Below, one piece after another: positions 55,249-64,000 of a DNA stretch of 64,000 bases (position 1 is the stretch's first letter; every line of letters begins with the position of its first letter). Under the pieces are notes generated by a model that worked only from the letters and a program-made list of their open reading frames with translations, was not told the DNA's origin and made no database searches. The translations under genes and the position numbers were made by a program. Source of the DNA: Longimicrobiales bacterium (GTDB lineage: Bacteria; Gemmatimonadota; Gemmatimonadetes; Longimicrobiales; Gaopeijiaceae); NCBI GenBank assembly GCA_965204735.1, contig OZ242008.1:2368001-2432000 (forward strand). The letters run 5' to 3'.

Positions 55249-56177
55249 CGGGCGGCCTTCAGCGCCGCAACGGCCGCCGGGGAGCCGAGGGGCTCGGTGA
55301 GCGCTCCCTTGGCGTTCCGCCGGTTGAGTCCCGTCAGCACCTTGCCCGGCCCCAGCTCCGCGAAGCGGGTCGCGCCCAGCTCCAGCATCCGCGCCACGCA
55401 CTCGGTCCACCGGACGGGCGAAGTGAGTTGGCGCACCAGAAGCTCCCGGATCGGGGCCGGGTCCCCTGGCACGGCCTCGGCGGTCACGTTGGAAACCACG
55501 GGGAACGACGGGGGCTTCATCGGCGTCGCCGCGAGCTGCTGCCGGAACTCGTCCGCGACCGGTCCCATGAGGGGCGAATGGAACGCGGCCGACACGTCCA
55601 GCGCCACGACCTTCCTGGCCCCCCGTTCCTTCGCGGCCTCGGCGAGCCGCTGCACGGCGGCCGCTTGGCCGCTGACCACGACCTGCCCGGCGGCGTTGAG
55701 GTTGGCCGGCACCACCACCATGCCCTCTTCCCGGGCTTGGTCGCACAGTGCGGCAACCGCCTCCAGCTCCATGCCCATCACGGCCGCCATCGTCCCCGGC
55801 GCCGTGTCGTTCGCTCGGGCCATCAGCTCGCCCCGGCGCCGGACCGCCCGCAGCCCGTCGGCGAACGACCAGGTGCCTGCCGCGCAGTGGGCCGAGAGCT
55901 CGCCCAGGGAGTGTCCGGCCGCGGCCGCCACCGGCCCCAGTCGCTCCCGGACCACTCGGAAGACGGCGGTCGAGTGCGCGTAGAGCGCGGGCTGGGCGCT
56001 CTCCGTGCTGGTGAGGGCGTCCGCCGGGCCTTCCCACATGAGGCGGGAGAGGGCGAAGCCCAGGACGTCGTCGGCTTCCTCGAAGGTGCGGGCCGCGACG
56101 GGGTGCGCCTCGGCCAGCTCCCGGCCCATCCCCACGTGCTGGGCGCCCTGTCCAGGGAAGAGAAGTCCGACGCTCAC
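55245..56177 (-). CDS. fabD: Malonyl-CoA:ACP transacylase
   Basis: FPGQGAQ, AQPAL, GHSLGE, VSAAFHS, ELGPGKVL. Confidence 0.96.
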   Translation of the reverse strand: MSVGLLFPGQGAQHVGMGRELAEAHPVAARTFEEADDVLGFALSRLMWEGPADALTSTESAQPALYAHSTAVFRVVRERLGPVAAAAGHSLGELSAHCAAGTWSFADGLRAVRRRGELMARANDTAPGTMAAVMGMELEAVAALCDQAREEGMVVVPANLNAAGQVVVSGQAAAVQRLAEAAKERGARKVVALDVSAAFHSPLMGPVADEFRQQLAATPMKPPSFPVVSNVTAEAVPGDPAPIRELLVRQLTSPVRWTECVARMLELGATRFAELGPGKVLTGLNRRNAKGALTEPLGSPAAVAALKAAR

Positions 56178-56229
56178 GGAGCGGCGAGTCCCGATTCCGC
56201 CACTGGATCTTGGCCGGGCGCCGCGCCTC

Positions 56230-56301
56230 CGCCGGCCACTGGACCTCCGCCTGCCACCGGACTTCCGCCGGCCACTGGACCTGCGCCTGCCACCGGACCT
56301 C
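56230..56301. repeat. Intergenic 18-bp tandem repeat x4 (ABAB)
   Basis: CGCCGGCCACTGGACCTC / CGCCTGCCACCGGACTTC / CGCCGGCCACTGGACCTG / CGCCTGCCACCGGACCTC. Confidence 0.9.
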
Positions 56302-56304
56302 GGC

Positions 56305-57333
56305 CTACCACCGCAGGGCCATGGCGCCCCAGGTCAGCCCCGCGCCGAACGCCGTGGCAAGCACGACAGACCCCGGCCCGATCCGTCCTTCCTCCTCGGC
56401 CTCGTCCAGCGCCACGGGAATCGTTGCCGACGAGATGTTGCCGTAGCGGTGCAGGTTCACGAACACCTTCTCCATCGGTATTCGCGAGTACCGGGCGGTG
56501 GACTCGATGATCCGAATGTTGGCTTGGTGGGGCACCATCAGGTCCACGTCGTCGCTCGTCATGCCCGCGTCGTCGAGGACGCGGGTCCCGGCGGCCGCCA
56601 TCGACTTCACCGCCGACTTGAAGACCTCGCGGCCCGACATCCGCAGCAGGTGCTCCTTCTTGCGCACCGCCTCCTCGTCCAGGGGCTTGGCGCTGCCGCC
56701 GGCCGCCCGCTGCAAGAGGCTCGCCATGTCGCCGTCGGAGCGATGGAAGCTGGAGAGGATGCCTTGGCCGTCGGGCCGGCCCTGCCCGGCGCCCTTTCCC
56801 CGTCCGTTCTCCGCGCGCTGGACCACCGCCGCCCCCGCGCCGTCGCCGAAGAGGATGCACGTCGCCCGGTCGTCCCAGTCCACGATCGACGACATCTTCT
56901 CGGTGGCCACAATCAGCACCGTCTCGGCCCGGCCCGCCGCCAAGCAGCCCTCGGCCACGGAAAGCGCGTAGAGGAACCCGCTGCAGGCGGCGTGGAGGTC
57001 GAACGCCATCGACCGCCGGGAGGCGCCGATCCGCGACTGGATCTCGCAGGAAGTGGAGGGCAGCCAGTGGTTCGGGGTCGCCGTCGTGACGATCAGGGCG
57101 TCCACGTCGGCCGGCGCCACTCCGGCCTTCTCCAGCGCGTTTCGGGCGGCCCGCTCTCCCATGTCCACCGGCGTGGTCTCGTCGGACGCCAAGCGCCGCT
57201 CCAGGATGCCCGTCCGTTCGACGATCCACTCGTTGCTGGTGTCCACCATGCGTTCCAGGTCCGCGTTGGTGAGGACCCTTTCCGGGAGGTGCCGGCCGGT
57301 GGAGACGATCCGGGCCGTGGGCGCGCCGCTCAC
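56305..57333 (-). CDS. fabH: 3-oxoacyl-ACP synthase III
   Basis: WIVERTGI, AACSGF, LFGDGAGA, PHQAN, YGNISSA, FGAGLTWG. Confidence 0.96.
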   Translation of the reverse strand: MSGAPTARIVSTGRHLPERVLTNADLERMVDTSNEWIVERTGILERRLASDETTPVDMGERAARNALEKAGVAPADVDALIVTTATPNHWLPSTSCEIQSRIGASRRSMAFDLHAACSGFLYALSVAEGCLAAGRAETVLIVATEKMSSIVDWDDRATCILFGDGAGAAVVQRAENGRGKGAGQGRPDGQGILSSFHRSDGDMASLLQRAAGGSAKPLDEEAVRKKEHLLRMSGREVFKSAVKSMAAAGTRVLDDAGMTSDDVDLMVPHQANIRIIESTARYSRIPMEKVFVNLHRYGNISSATIPVALDEAEEEGRIGPGSVVLATAFGAGLTWGAMALRW

Positions 57334-58292
57334 GACGCCAAGTCCCGCGCCATGTGGGCCACCATGTCTCGGCGCACGGCCCGGGCCGCGACGCCGATCG
57401 CGGCCCCGATCGCCTTGGGAGGCGACCCGCCGTGGCAGATGATGCTCACGCCGTTCACGCCCAGAAGGGGCTCGCCCCCGCGCTCCGTGTAGTCGAACAT
57501 GCGGAAGACCTCTTCGATGCCGTCGTTCATCCGCTCCGGGTCCATGCGCGAGCGGAGCTTGTGCACCAGGAACCCGGCCACCGACTCGTAGAACTTGAGG
57601 AGCACGTTGCCTACGAAGCCGTCGCAGACCAGCACGTCGCATGGGTGATGGATGATGTCGCGCCCCTCGACGTTGCCGACGAAGCGCAAGTCGCTGCGGG
57701 AGAGGAGGCGGTGGGCCTCGAGGACCATTTCGGAACCCTTCGTCGGCTCGGCGCCCACGTTGAGGAGCCCGATGCGAGGGCGGGCGACGCCCAGCAGGTC
57801 GTGCATGTAGATCGCGCCGAGGCGGGCGAACTGCAGGAGCTGCCCAGGCCGACATTCGATGTTGGCGCCCGAGTCCGCCAGCAGGGTGGGTCCCTTGGAG
57901 GTGGGCAGCAGGGCTCCGACGGTGGGCCGGTCCACTCCGGCCAGCGAGCGAAGCACTTGCAGAGAGGCGGCCATCACGGCGCCTGTGGAGCCGGCGGAGA
58001 CGAATGCGTCGGCGTCGCCCGACTTCTGGAGGCCCAGTCCGACGCCGATTGACGACCGGGGCCGACGCCGAAGGGCGCGAGCGGGGGCGTCGGCGGAGGT
58101 GATCCGGTCCGGCGCGTGGACGAGGCCGATCCGATCCGTGTCCGGGTACTGCTTCAGCGACTCGGCGACGACGGCTTCGTCGCCCACCAGGAGGACCCGC
58201 AGCTCCGGGTCCGCGCTCACGGCGGAAACGGCGCCGGCCACCTCCACGGACGGAGCGTCGTCCGTCCCCATCGCGTCGAGGGCGATCCGCAT
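57330..58292 (-). CDS. plsX: Phosphate acyltransferase
   Basis: IALDAMGTD, SAGSTGA, FVGNVEG, CDGFVGNV, HGGS. Confidence 0.96.
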   Translation of the reverse strand: MRIALDAMGTDDAPSVEVAGAVSAVSADPELRVLLVGDEAVVAESLKQYPDTDRIGLVHAPDRITSADAPARALRRRPRSSIGVGLGLQKSGDADAFVSAGSTGAVMAASLQVLRSLAGVDRPTVGALLPTSKGPTLLADSGANIECRPGQLLQFARLGAIYMHDLLGVARPRIGLLNVGAEPTKGSEMVLEAHRLLSRSDLRFVGNVEGRDIIHHPCDVLVCDGFVGNVLLKFYESVAGFLVHKLRSRMDPERMNDGIEEVFRMFDYTERGGEPLLGVNGVSIICHGGSPPKAIGAAIGVAARAVRRDMVAHMARDLAS

Positions 58293-58329
58293 CGGCGTCG
58301 GTTGCGCGTGCCCTTCCTCCAGGGCGGGG

Positions 58330-58512
58330 CTAGTCCTCCCTGGGCTCGAAGATCAGCTTGCCCCGGTACATGCCCGAAGTCGGGCAGACCCGATGGCGGA
58401 GCGTGGGGTCGCCGGTCTTCGAACACGTGCCCAAGGTCGCTTCCCGCGCCTTGTAGTGGGTCCGGCGCTTCCGCTTTCGCTGCTTGGAGACCCTTCTCTT
58501 TGGAACGGCCAC
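58330..58512 (-). CDS. rpmF: 50S ribosomal protein L32
   Basis: MAVPKRRVSKQRKRKRRTH, HRVC, GMYRG; between yceD and plsX. Confidence 0.96.
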   Translation of the reverse strand: MAVPKRRVSKQRKRKRRTHYKAREATLGTCSKTGDPTLRHRVCPTSGMYRGKLIFEPRED

Positions 58513-58527
58513 GGTGGGTTTTCCTTT

Positions 58528-59061
58528 CTAGTTGGCTTGGTCGGAGCGCAGGGCCTGGAGCGCCGCCCACCTGGGGTCGGTCTCCGTCTCCGCTTCTCTC
58601 GGCCCTGCGCGGAAGCGTTCGACGGGACGTCCGCAATCTAGGCAGCGGCCGTCGTCCCCCTCGGCCGGGAGGACGTAGCGCGGCGCCTCCAGCAGGACCT
58701 CCTCGCGAATCGCGTCCTTCAAGTCCAGCGTGTTCGCCCGGTCGTCCAGAAGCCGCACGTCGGGGTCGTCCCGCTCGACCGACTCCCATCTGTCCCGGGG
58801 CATGTAGAGGAGGCTCATCGGCTTTCCGACGCGAAGACGAAGTTCTTCCAGGCAGCGACCGCACTCTTGGTCGACGACGGACTTCCAGGAACCCCGCACC
58901 AGGACGCCGCCGTCGGCCGCGATCGAGGCGGCGCCCGTCACGTCCACGGGTTCGGCGAAGGCGATCCCGGAGCCCTTCCAAAGCCCGGCCTCCGGTCCTA
59001 TCGCCCCGCGAACCGGGAGCGTCCGCTCCCTCCAGAGGCGAAGCAAGTCGACCGTCAGCAT
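58528..59061 (-). CDS. yceD: YceD/DUF177 protein
   Basis: CGRCL, LDLKDAIREEVLL, DPRWAAL; upstream of rpmF. Confidence 0.9.
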   Translation of the reverse strand: MLTVDLLRLWRERTLPVRGAIGPEAGLWKGSGIAFAEPVDVTGAASIAADGGVLVRGSWKSVVDQECGRCLEELRLRVGKPMSLLYMPRDRWESVERDDPDVRLLDDRANTLDLKDAIREEVLLEAPRYVLPAEGDDGRCLDCGRPVERFRAGPREAETETDPRWAALQALRSDQAN

Positions 59062-59073
59062 CTCACTTGGAGT

Positions 59074-59103
59074 AGAGTAGCCGACCGCACGGGGGCGCGT
59101 CAA
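59074..59103 (-). promoter_or_regulatory. Candidate sigma70 promoter of yceD-rpmF-plsX-fab operon
   Basis: TTGACG-N18-TACTCT. Confidence 0.5.
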
Positions 59104-59120
59104 CGAGGGGCGGGAGCGCG

Positions 59121-59552
59121 TCAACGCGGACGGGACCGTTCCAGCACGTCCGACCCGGAGAAGAAGAAGCCGATCTCCCGACGGGCGTTCTGGTTGGAAT
59201 CGGAGCCGTGGATCGCGTTGCGCTCGACGGACTCGGCGTAGAGCCGGCGGACGGTGCCTTCGGCGGCCTGGGCCGGGTCGGTCGCGCCGATCGCCTGGCG
59301 AAGACGGGCGACCGCGTCTTCGGCCTCCAGGACGATGGGAATGCACGGACCCGAGGTCATGAACGCGACGAGCGACGGGTAGAAGGGACGCTCCCTGTGG
59401 ACTTCGTAGAAGGAGCGGGCCTGGAGCTGGGTGAGGGTGGTCATCCGCAGGGCGCGAACAGCGAAGCCGGACGACTCGAGATGGGCGATGATCCTTCCGG
59501 CGTGCCCGGCGGCGGTGGCGTCGGGCTTGATGATCGCGAGGGTCTGGCTCAT
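59121..59552 (-). CDS. ndk: Nucleoside diphosphate kinase
   Basis: TLAIIKPDA, FMTSGP, GATDP, NAIHGSDS. Confidence 0.96.
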   Translation of the reverse strand: MSQTLAIIKPDATAAGHAGRIIAHLESSGFAVRALRMTTLTQLQARSFYEVHRERPFYPSLVAFMTSGPCIPIVLEAEDAVARLRQAIGATDPAQAAEGTVRRLYAESVERNAIHGSDSNQNARREIGFFFSGSDVLERSRPR

Positions 59553-59634
59553 CGAGGGTGTTCGGCGGGGGGCGTGGGGAACGGGCGCCGCGGCGCTGCG
59601 GAGAGTTGTACGCAATCAACGTTCTCGACCGGCG

Positions 59635-60624
59635 TCAACCGTTCGCTCCCGTCGTCCGCTTCGCTCGCGCCGAGGAGTCGGCCACGGTGTCGGCGAAGGC
59701 GCGCATCACGGCGGCCCGGCCGAGGAAGCCGATCATCTCGCCGTCCCTGACCACCGGAAGCTGGGCCACGCCCTGCTCGACCATTGCCCTGCCCGCCTCG
59801 GCCAGCCCTTCTTCCGGCGCCACGCAGAGCACCGAGCGGTTCATGACGTCCCGGGCGACCAGATGCGCGGCGCCCGCCGGGCTCTCCTCCTGGCGGGGGA
59901 GGACGTGGGGCAGGAGGTCTGCCGCCGTGATCACCCCCATCACCTCCCTCTGCCCGCCCACCACGGGAACCGCCGACAGCGCCCGTCCGAGCATCAGGTG
60001 CTGAACGTCGGCGACGGAAGTGTCGGGGTAGACCCGGTAGGAGAGCGGCGCGACCACGTCCTCCACGGCAACCCGCTCCTTCACGCTCGTCCGGGCGAAC
60101 TCGCTGGAGGACAGCAGGCCGTCCAGGTCGCTCCGCGTCCGTCGCTTGGGAAGGTCCGCCGAGAGGCGGCGCAGGGCCGGCGCAAGGAAGAGGTTGACGG
60201 ACGGAACCGAGAGCCCCCAGACGATCCAAGCCGCCCGTTCGACGGGCGCCGCCGGGTCCGGCGAGTCGTGGGGGGCGAAGAGGTCGAGAGCGGGGAAGAG
60301 GTCGGGGGCGGGGGCCGACCCGGGAGCGTCTGGGGGACCCTCGCCGGGCGACCCAGGAGGGTCCAGGGGACCTGAGACTCCCAGCAGCAGTCCGGGCTCG
60401 CCTTCGGCCGCCTCGGCGCGGAGCCCGCCCACGTCGAGGAGCCGGAAGCCGGCGGCGAGCTTCAGGTCTCGGGGGACCTGGCCGGCGTCGGCGGCGCGAC
60501 GAAGGGCCTGGGCGAAGGGGTGGGACCGGCCGAGCCGGGCGGCCAAGGCGTCCAGGGAAGCCGGGCGGTCCTCTCCGATCCCGGCGGCCGTTCGGGGCTC
60601 CGCCAGCATGTCGCCGAGCTTCAT
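59635..60624 (-). CDS. CBS-pair protein with divergent N-terminal domain
   Basis: LSAVPVV..VMGVITAADLL, ARDVMNRSV, QLPVVRDGEMIGFL. Confidence 0.8.
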   Translation of the reverse strand: MKLGDMLAEPRTAAGIGEDRPASLDALAARLGRSHPFAQALRRAADAGQVPRDLKLAAGFRLLDVGGLRAEAAEGEPGLLLGVSGPLDPPGSPGEGPPDAPGSAPAPDLFPALDLFAPHDSPDPAAPVERAAWIVWGLSVPSVNLFLAPALRRLSADLPKRRTRSDLDGLLSSSEFARTSVKERVAVEDVVAPLSYRVYPDTSVADVQHLMLGRALSAVPVVGGQREVMGVITAADLLPHVLPRQEESPAGAAHLVARDVMNRSVLCVAPEEGLAEAGRAMVEQGVAQLPVVRDGEMIGFLGRAAVMRAFADTVADSSARAKRTTGANG

Positions 60625-60744
60625 GGCGTCGTGGTCGTCGGAGGCGTCGTGGCCATGGGACTCGGGCGTCGGCGGCTCGGGGCGGAAACGCCTCGGGCGC
60701 GGCCGCGCCGCCGTGCGCGAGCGGTCTGCCGCCGGGCCGCTGGA

Positions 60745-61635
60745 TCAGCGACCCAGCAGCTCGCCGACCAGCTTGGATATCTCGGCTGGGCGCCTGGCCA
60801 CCGGGATTCCATTGTCCTCGAACGCCTTGGTCTTCTCTTCGGCCGTGCCCGCGGCGCCGCTGATGATCGCGCCGGCGTGGCCCATGCGCTTTCCCGGAGG
60901 CGCGGTTCTGCCGGCGATGAAGCCGACCGCCGGAATCTTCAGCCGCCGGCCGGCCCACTCCGCGGCTTCCTGCTCGGCCGTGCCGCCGATCTCGCCGATC
61001 AGGGCCACCGCCTTGGTGTCCGGGTCGGCGGCGAAGGCCTTCAGGCAATCCACGAAGGTGGTGCCGATCAGCGGGTCGCCGCCGATGCCGACGCAGGTCG
61101 TCTGTCCCAGCCCGTCGCGGGTAAGGTGGTGGACGGCCTCGTAGGTCAGCGTGCCGGAGCGGGAGACCAGCCCCACCGGACCCGGCGTCACGATGTTGCC
61201 GGGGATGATGCCCAGCTTGGCCTTGCCGGGAGAGATCAGCCCCGGGCAGTTGGGTCCCAGGACGCGGCATCCGCGATCCCTTGCAAGGGCGTGGGCTCGG
61301 GTCATGTCGAGCACCGGGATGCCTTCCGTCACGCACACGACCAAGCCGACGCCGGCGTCGGCCGCCTCCATGATCGCCCCCGCCGCGAACGCCGGCGGCA
61401 CGTAGACCACGGCGGCGTCGGCCCCCCCGGTCTCGGCCGCCGCGTCGGCCACCGTGTCGAAGACGGGCACGGAGCCGCCGTCCGGTCCCTCGAAGCGCCG
61501 CCCGCCCTTCCCCGGCGTCACTCCCGCGACCACGCGCGTGCCGTAGGCGATCATCTGGCGCGTGTGGAAGGAGCCGTCTCGACCGGTGATCCCCTGCACG
61601 ATCACGCGGGTGCTCTCGTCTGCGAATATCGACAT
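60745..61635 (-). CDS. sucD: Succinyl-CoA synthetase alpha subunit
   Basis: [37 protein letters not shown]. Confidence 0.97.
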   Translation of the reverse strand: MSIFADESTRVIVQGITGRDGSFHTRQMIAYGTRVVAGVTPGKGGRRFEGPDGGSVPVFDTVADAAAETGGADAAVVYVPPAFAAGAIMEAADAGVGLVVCVTEGIPVLDMTRAHALARDRGCRVLGPNCPGLISPGKAKLGIIPGNIVTPGPVGLVSRSGTLTYEAVHHLTRDGLGQTTCVGIGGDPLIGTTFVDCLKAFAADPDTKAVALIGEIGGTAEQEAAEWAGRRLKIPAVGFIAGRTAPPGKRMGHAGAIISGAAGTAEEKTKAFEDNGIPVARRPAEISKLVGELLGR

Positions 61636-61679
61636 CGATCGTCTAGTAGTTGCTGGGATCGTCCAGTTGCTGGGTTGGG

Positions 61680-62810
61680 TCAGCCCGCCAAGCGGACGGC
61701 GCTCTCCACCACTTCGTCCATGGAGCGGGCGGCCTCGAACCCCGCGTCGGCCAGGATCTCCCGGGCGAGCTCCTCGTTGGTTCCCGTGAGGCGGATGACC
61801 AGGGGAACTCGAATGTCGATCCGTCCGGCGGCCTCGACAATCCCCTTGGCCACGTCGTCGCAACGGGTGATGCCCCCGAAGATGTTGAAGAGGATCACCT
61901 TGACGCCGGGATCGGCGGTGATGATCTCGAGCGCCGCCACGACCTTGTCGGGGTTGGACGATCCGCCGATGTCCAGGAAGTTGGCGGGCTCGCCTCCGTA
62001 GTACTTGACCAAGTCCATCGTGGCCATCGCCAGCCCCGCGCCGTTGACGCAGCAGCCCACGTTGCCGTCCAGCTTGACGAAGCTCAGGCCGGCCTCTCTG
62101 GCCCGCGCGGCGCCCGCGTCCTCCGAGCCCGCGTCTCGAAGCGCTTCTAGGGCGGGGCGGCGAAAGAGTTCGTTGTCGTCGATGCTGACCTTGGCGTCGA
62201 TCGCCTTGACCCGGCCGTCCTCGGTGGAGATCAGCGGGTTGACTTCGGCCATCGACGCGCCGTTCGACGTGAAGGCGGCGTAGAGACCCGACAGGACCTT
62301 GGCGCACTGGCGGACCAAGCCCGGATCGTCGTAGAGGCGGGTCGCCATCCAGTGGGCTTGGTGCGGCAGCAGCCCGTAGCGCGGGTCGATCCGCACCTTG
62401 TGGACGGCGTCCGGGCTGGTGGCCGCCACTTCCTCGATGTCCACGCCGCCCTCGGCCGACACCATGAAGACCGGACATCGGCCGTCTCGATCCACGAGGA
62501 CGCCCACGTAGGCTTCGGTCGCAATCTCTTCGGCGGGCGACACCAGCAGCTTCTCGACGAGAAGGCCGTTGATCTCCATGCCCAGGATCGCCCGGGCGCG
62601 CTCTGCGGCCTCGTCGGGGCCGTCCGCCAGCTTGACGCCGCCTGCCTTCCCCCGCCCGCCCGAGTGCACCTGCGCCTTGACCACGACGACGCCGCCGTAG
62701 CGCTCGGCCAGCGCTCGCACTTCGTCCGGGCTGGTGGCGACTTCGCCCGGGTTCACGGGCATCCCGGCTTGACGGAACAGCTCCTTCGCTTGGTACTCGT
62801 GCAGGTTCAT
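61680..62810 (-). CDS. sucC: Succinyl-CoA synthetase beta subunit
   Basis: [39 protein letters not shown]. Confidence 0.97.
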   Translation of the reverse strand: MNLHEYQAKELFRQAGMPVNPGEVATSPDEVRALAERYGGVVVVKAQVHSGGRGKAGGVKLADGPDEAAERARAILGMEINGLLVEKLLVSPAEEIATEAYVGVLVDRDGRCPVFMVSAEGGVDIEEVAATSPDAVHKVRIDPRYGLLPHQAHWMATRLYDDPGLVRQCAKVLSGLYAAFTSNGASMAEVNPLISTEDGRVKAIDAKVSIDDNELFRRPALEALRDAGSEDAGAARAREAGLSFVKLDGNVGCCVNGAGLAMATMDLVKYYGGEPANFLDIGGSSNPDKVVAALEIITADPGVKVILFNIFGGITRCDDVAKGIVEAAGRIDIRVPLVIRLTGTNEELAREILADAGFEAARSMDEVVESAVRLAG

Positions 62811-63039
62811 TTATAGGGGACCCGAAGGCGTGAGACGGAAGGGAGAGGGCCCGCCCGATCGGTCGGGCGCGACGCCGGAGGGGTGGGGCCGGAGTGTTGC
62901 AGCGCCAACAGCCGAAGATGAGCCCGCCCAGCTGATTGGGCCAGCCTGCGCAGGGGTGGGGCGTTGGCCGGCGAGGGCTCGATGGCGCAGGGCGCGCTGG
63001 TGGCGTGCCGGGCATGTACGTTGACGGCGCCTCCGTCCA

Positions 63040-64000
63040 CTACTCCACTACCGGCCCCTCCGCGTCGTCGTCGCCGGCCACGGCCAGGAACTCGTCGGCA
63101 GTGTCGCACTCCACGACCGCGTCCCCGACCCGCGCCAGCTGCTCGGCGCTCATGGAGCGCACCCGCGCCTCCAGCCGTCGCGCCGTCTGGGCCCCGAACC
63201 GCCGCGAAGCCTGACGCAGCAACAAGACCGCTCGGCCTTCCGCGCGCCCCTGCTCGAGCCCCTGTGCACGTCCCCGCTCGAGGCCCTGCTCACGTCCCCG
63301 TTCGAGCCCCTGCTCACGTCCCCGTTCGAGCCCCTGCTGAAGCCCCTGCTCCAGGCCCCGCTGCCGGTGGCCCTCCGCCCACTCCGCATAGGTCTGGCCC
63401 ATCTCTTGCTCCTCCTTCGGTTGGATGATCTGCTCCACGATGTCCTCACGTGCCTTCTCCGGCGCGCCCACCATACGCATCCGCTCGTCCGTCCAGTCCG
63501 CGAACGCCTGCCGCTCTGCAAGATAGTCCGGGCCGGCCCACTGCTCCGCCATGCTCTGGTGCACCGCCGGAAAGTTCGTCCACGGGTCCTCCTCCAGAGC
63601 CGCGACCCAGCCCAGCACGCTCTCCCTGGGAAGCAACCCTTGCGCCAGCGCCGACCGCAAGTCAAGCAGCCCGTAGCCGTGAGTGGTCGCCAGGCCGGCC
63701 ACCGCCCGCGCCACGACCGGCGACGGCTCCTCCCGGCTGGCCAGCCCGGCCAGCGTCGTCTCGGCCGTCCACGGCCTCGTGCCGGTGTAGACGACGAACG
63801 ACAACACGAGGGGCATGGTGCCGTCGGGGTTGCACTGCCGCTCGTGCGTGTGTAGCACCGTGTGGGCGGCCTCGCTGTAGCGCAGCGTCCTGAGGACCAT
63901 GCCCGGATCGACGGAGGACTGGAACTCGAAGAGGAAGACGGCGGATCGACCGTCCTTGAACCGGACGCGCCACGCGCAGTCGCAGAGCCGGCGCCGCAGG
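63040..64000 (-). CDS. Rpn/YhgA-family PD-(D/E)xK nuclease (putative transposase), 5'-truncated by window
   Basis: Frame open to window end: LRRRLCDCAWRVRF...FLFEFQSSVDPGMVLR, VVYTGTRPW, GLEQ repeats, DUF4351-like LLRQASRRFG tail. Confidence 0.88.
   Translation of the reverse strand, partial: LRRRLCDCAWRVRFKDGRSAVFLFEFQSSVDPGMVLRTLRYSEAAHTVLHTHERQCNPDGTMPLVLSFVVYTGTRPWTAETTLAGLASREEPSPVVARAVAGLATTHGYGLLDLRSALAQGLLPRESVLGWVAALEEDPWTNFPAVHQSMAEQWAGPDYLAERQAFADWTDERMRMVGAPEKAREDIVEQIIQPKEEQEMGQTYAEWAEGHRQRGLEQGLQQGLERGREQGLERGREQGLERGRAQGLEQGRAEGRAVLLLRQASRRFGAQTARRLEARVRSMSAEQLARVGDAVVECDTADEFLAVAGDDDAEGPVVE
63247..63366. repeat. 12-bp coding repeats (GLEQ/GREQ/GLER)
   Basis: About ten CCCCTGCTCGAG-like units. 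Confidence 0.85.

Noticed and set aside
56230..56301. CRISPR array (also considered for 15125-15234 and 23160-24200)
   Set aside because: Head-to-tail repeats without unique spacers; no cas genes
52870..57333. Type II polyketide cluster
   Set aside because: Canonical plsX-fabH-fabD-fabG-acpP-fabF order with no chain-length factor or tailoring genes
63040..64000. Rpn gene as an IS element
   Set aside because: No terminal inverted repeat or target duplication visible; Rpn proteins are not established transposases

Overview
High-GC bacterial chromosome segment. Gene content and order (SusC/SusD, peptidase-PD40-Omp85, sucCD-CBS-ndk-yceD-rpmF-plsX-fab-ispF-dedA-xerD) suggest Gemmatimonadota, and the cadherin adhesin plus Rpn gene would fit a host-associated (e.g. 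sponge) symbiont; both are inferences. Left ~16 kb is accessory: two divergent ABC/AAA ATPases (one OLD/TOPRIM-like), flippase-like + YfhO genes, a lower-GC McrBC cassette, a BNR/sortilin-repeat protein, a VapBC module, a P450 and a locally duplicated membrane-anchored coiled-coil gene. The middle holds envelope/transport genes (SusCD + lipoproteins, RidA, an 11-mer-repeat coiled-coil protein, heptose kinase, Omp85 fusion, MlaEFD, CNNM, LspA) and tmRNA. Between tmRNA and xerD lies a ~13 kb autotransporter-like adhesin gene (24 ~125-aa repeats, 5 cadherins, beta-barrel) with a 22-nt poly-C tract at its 5' end, the best candidate for an undescribed phase-variable system. The right end is housekeeping, closing with a partial Rpn-family nuclease that has a strong internal start. 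Coordinates and start codons were read by eye; no searches were run.
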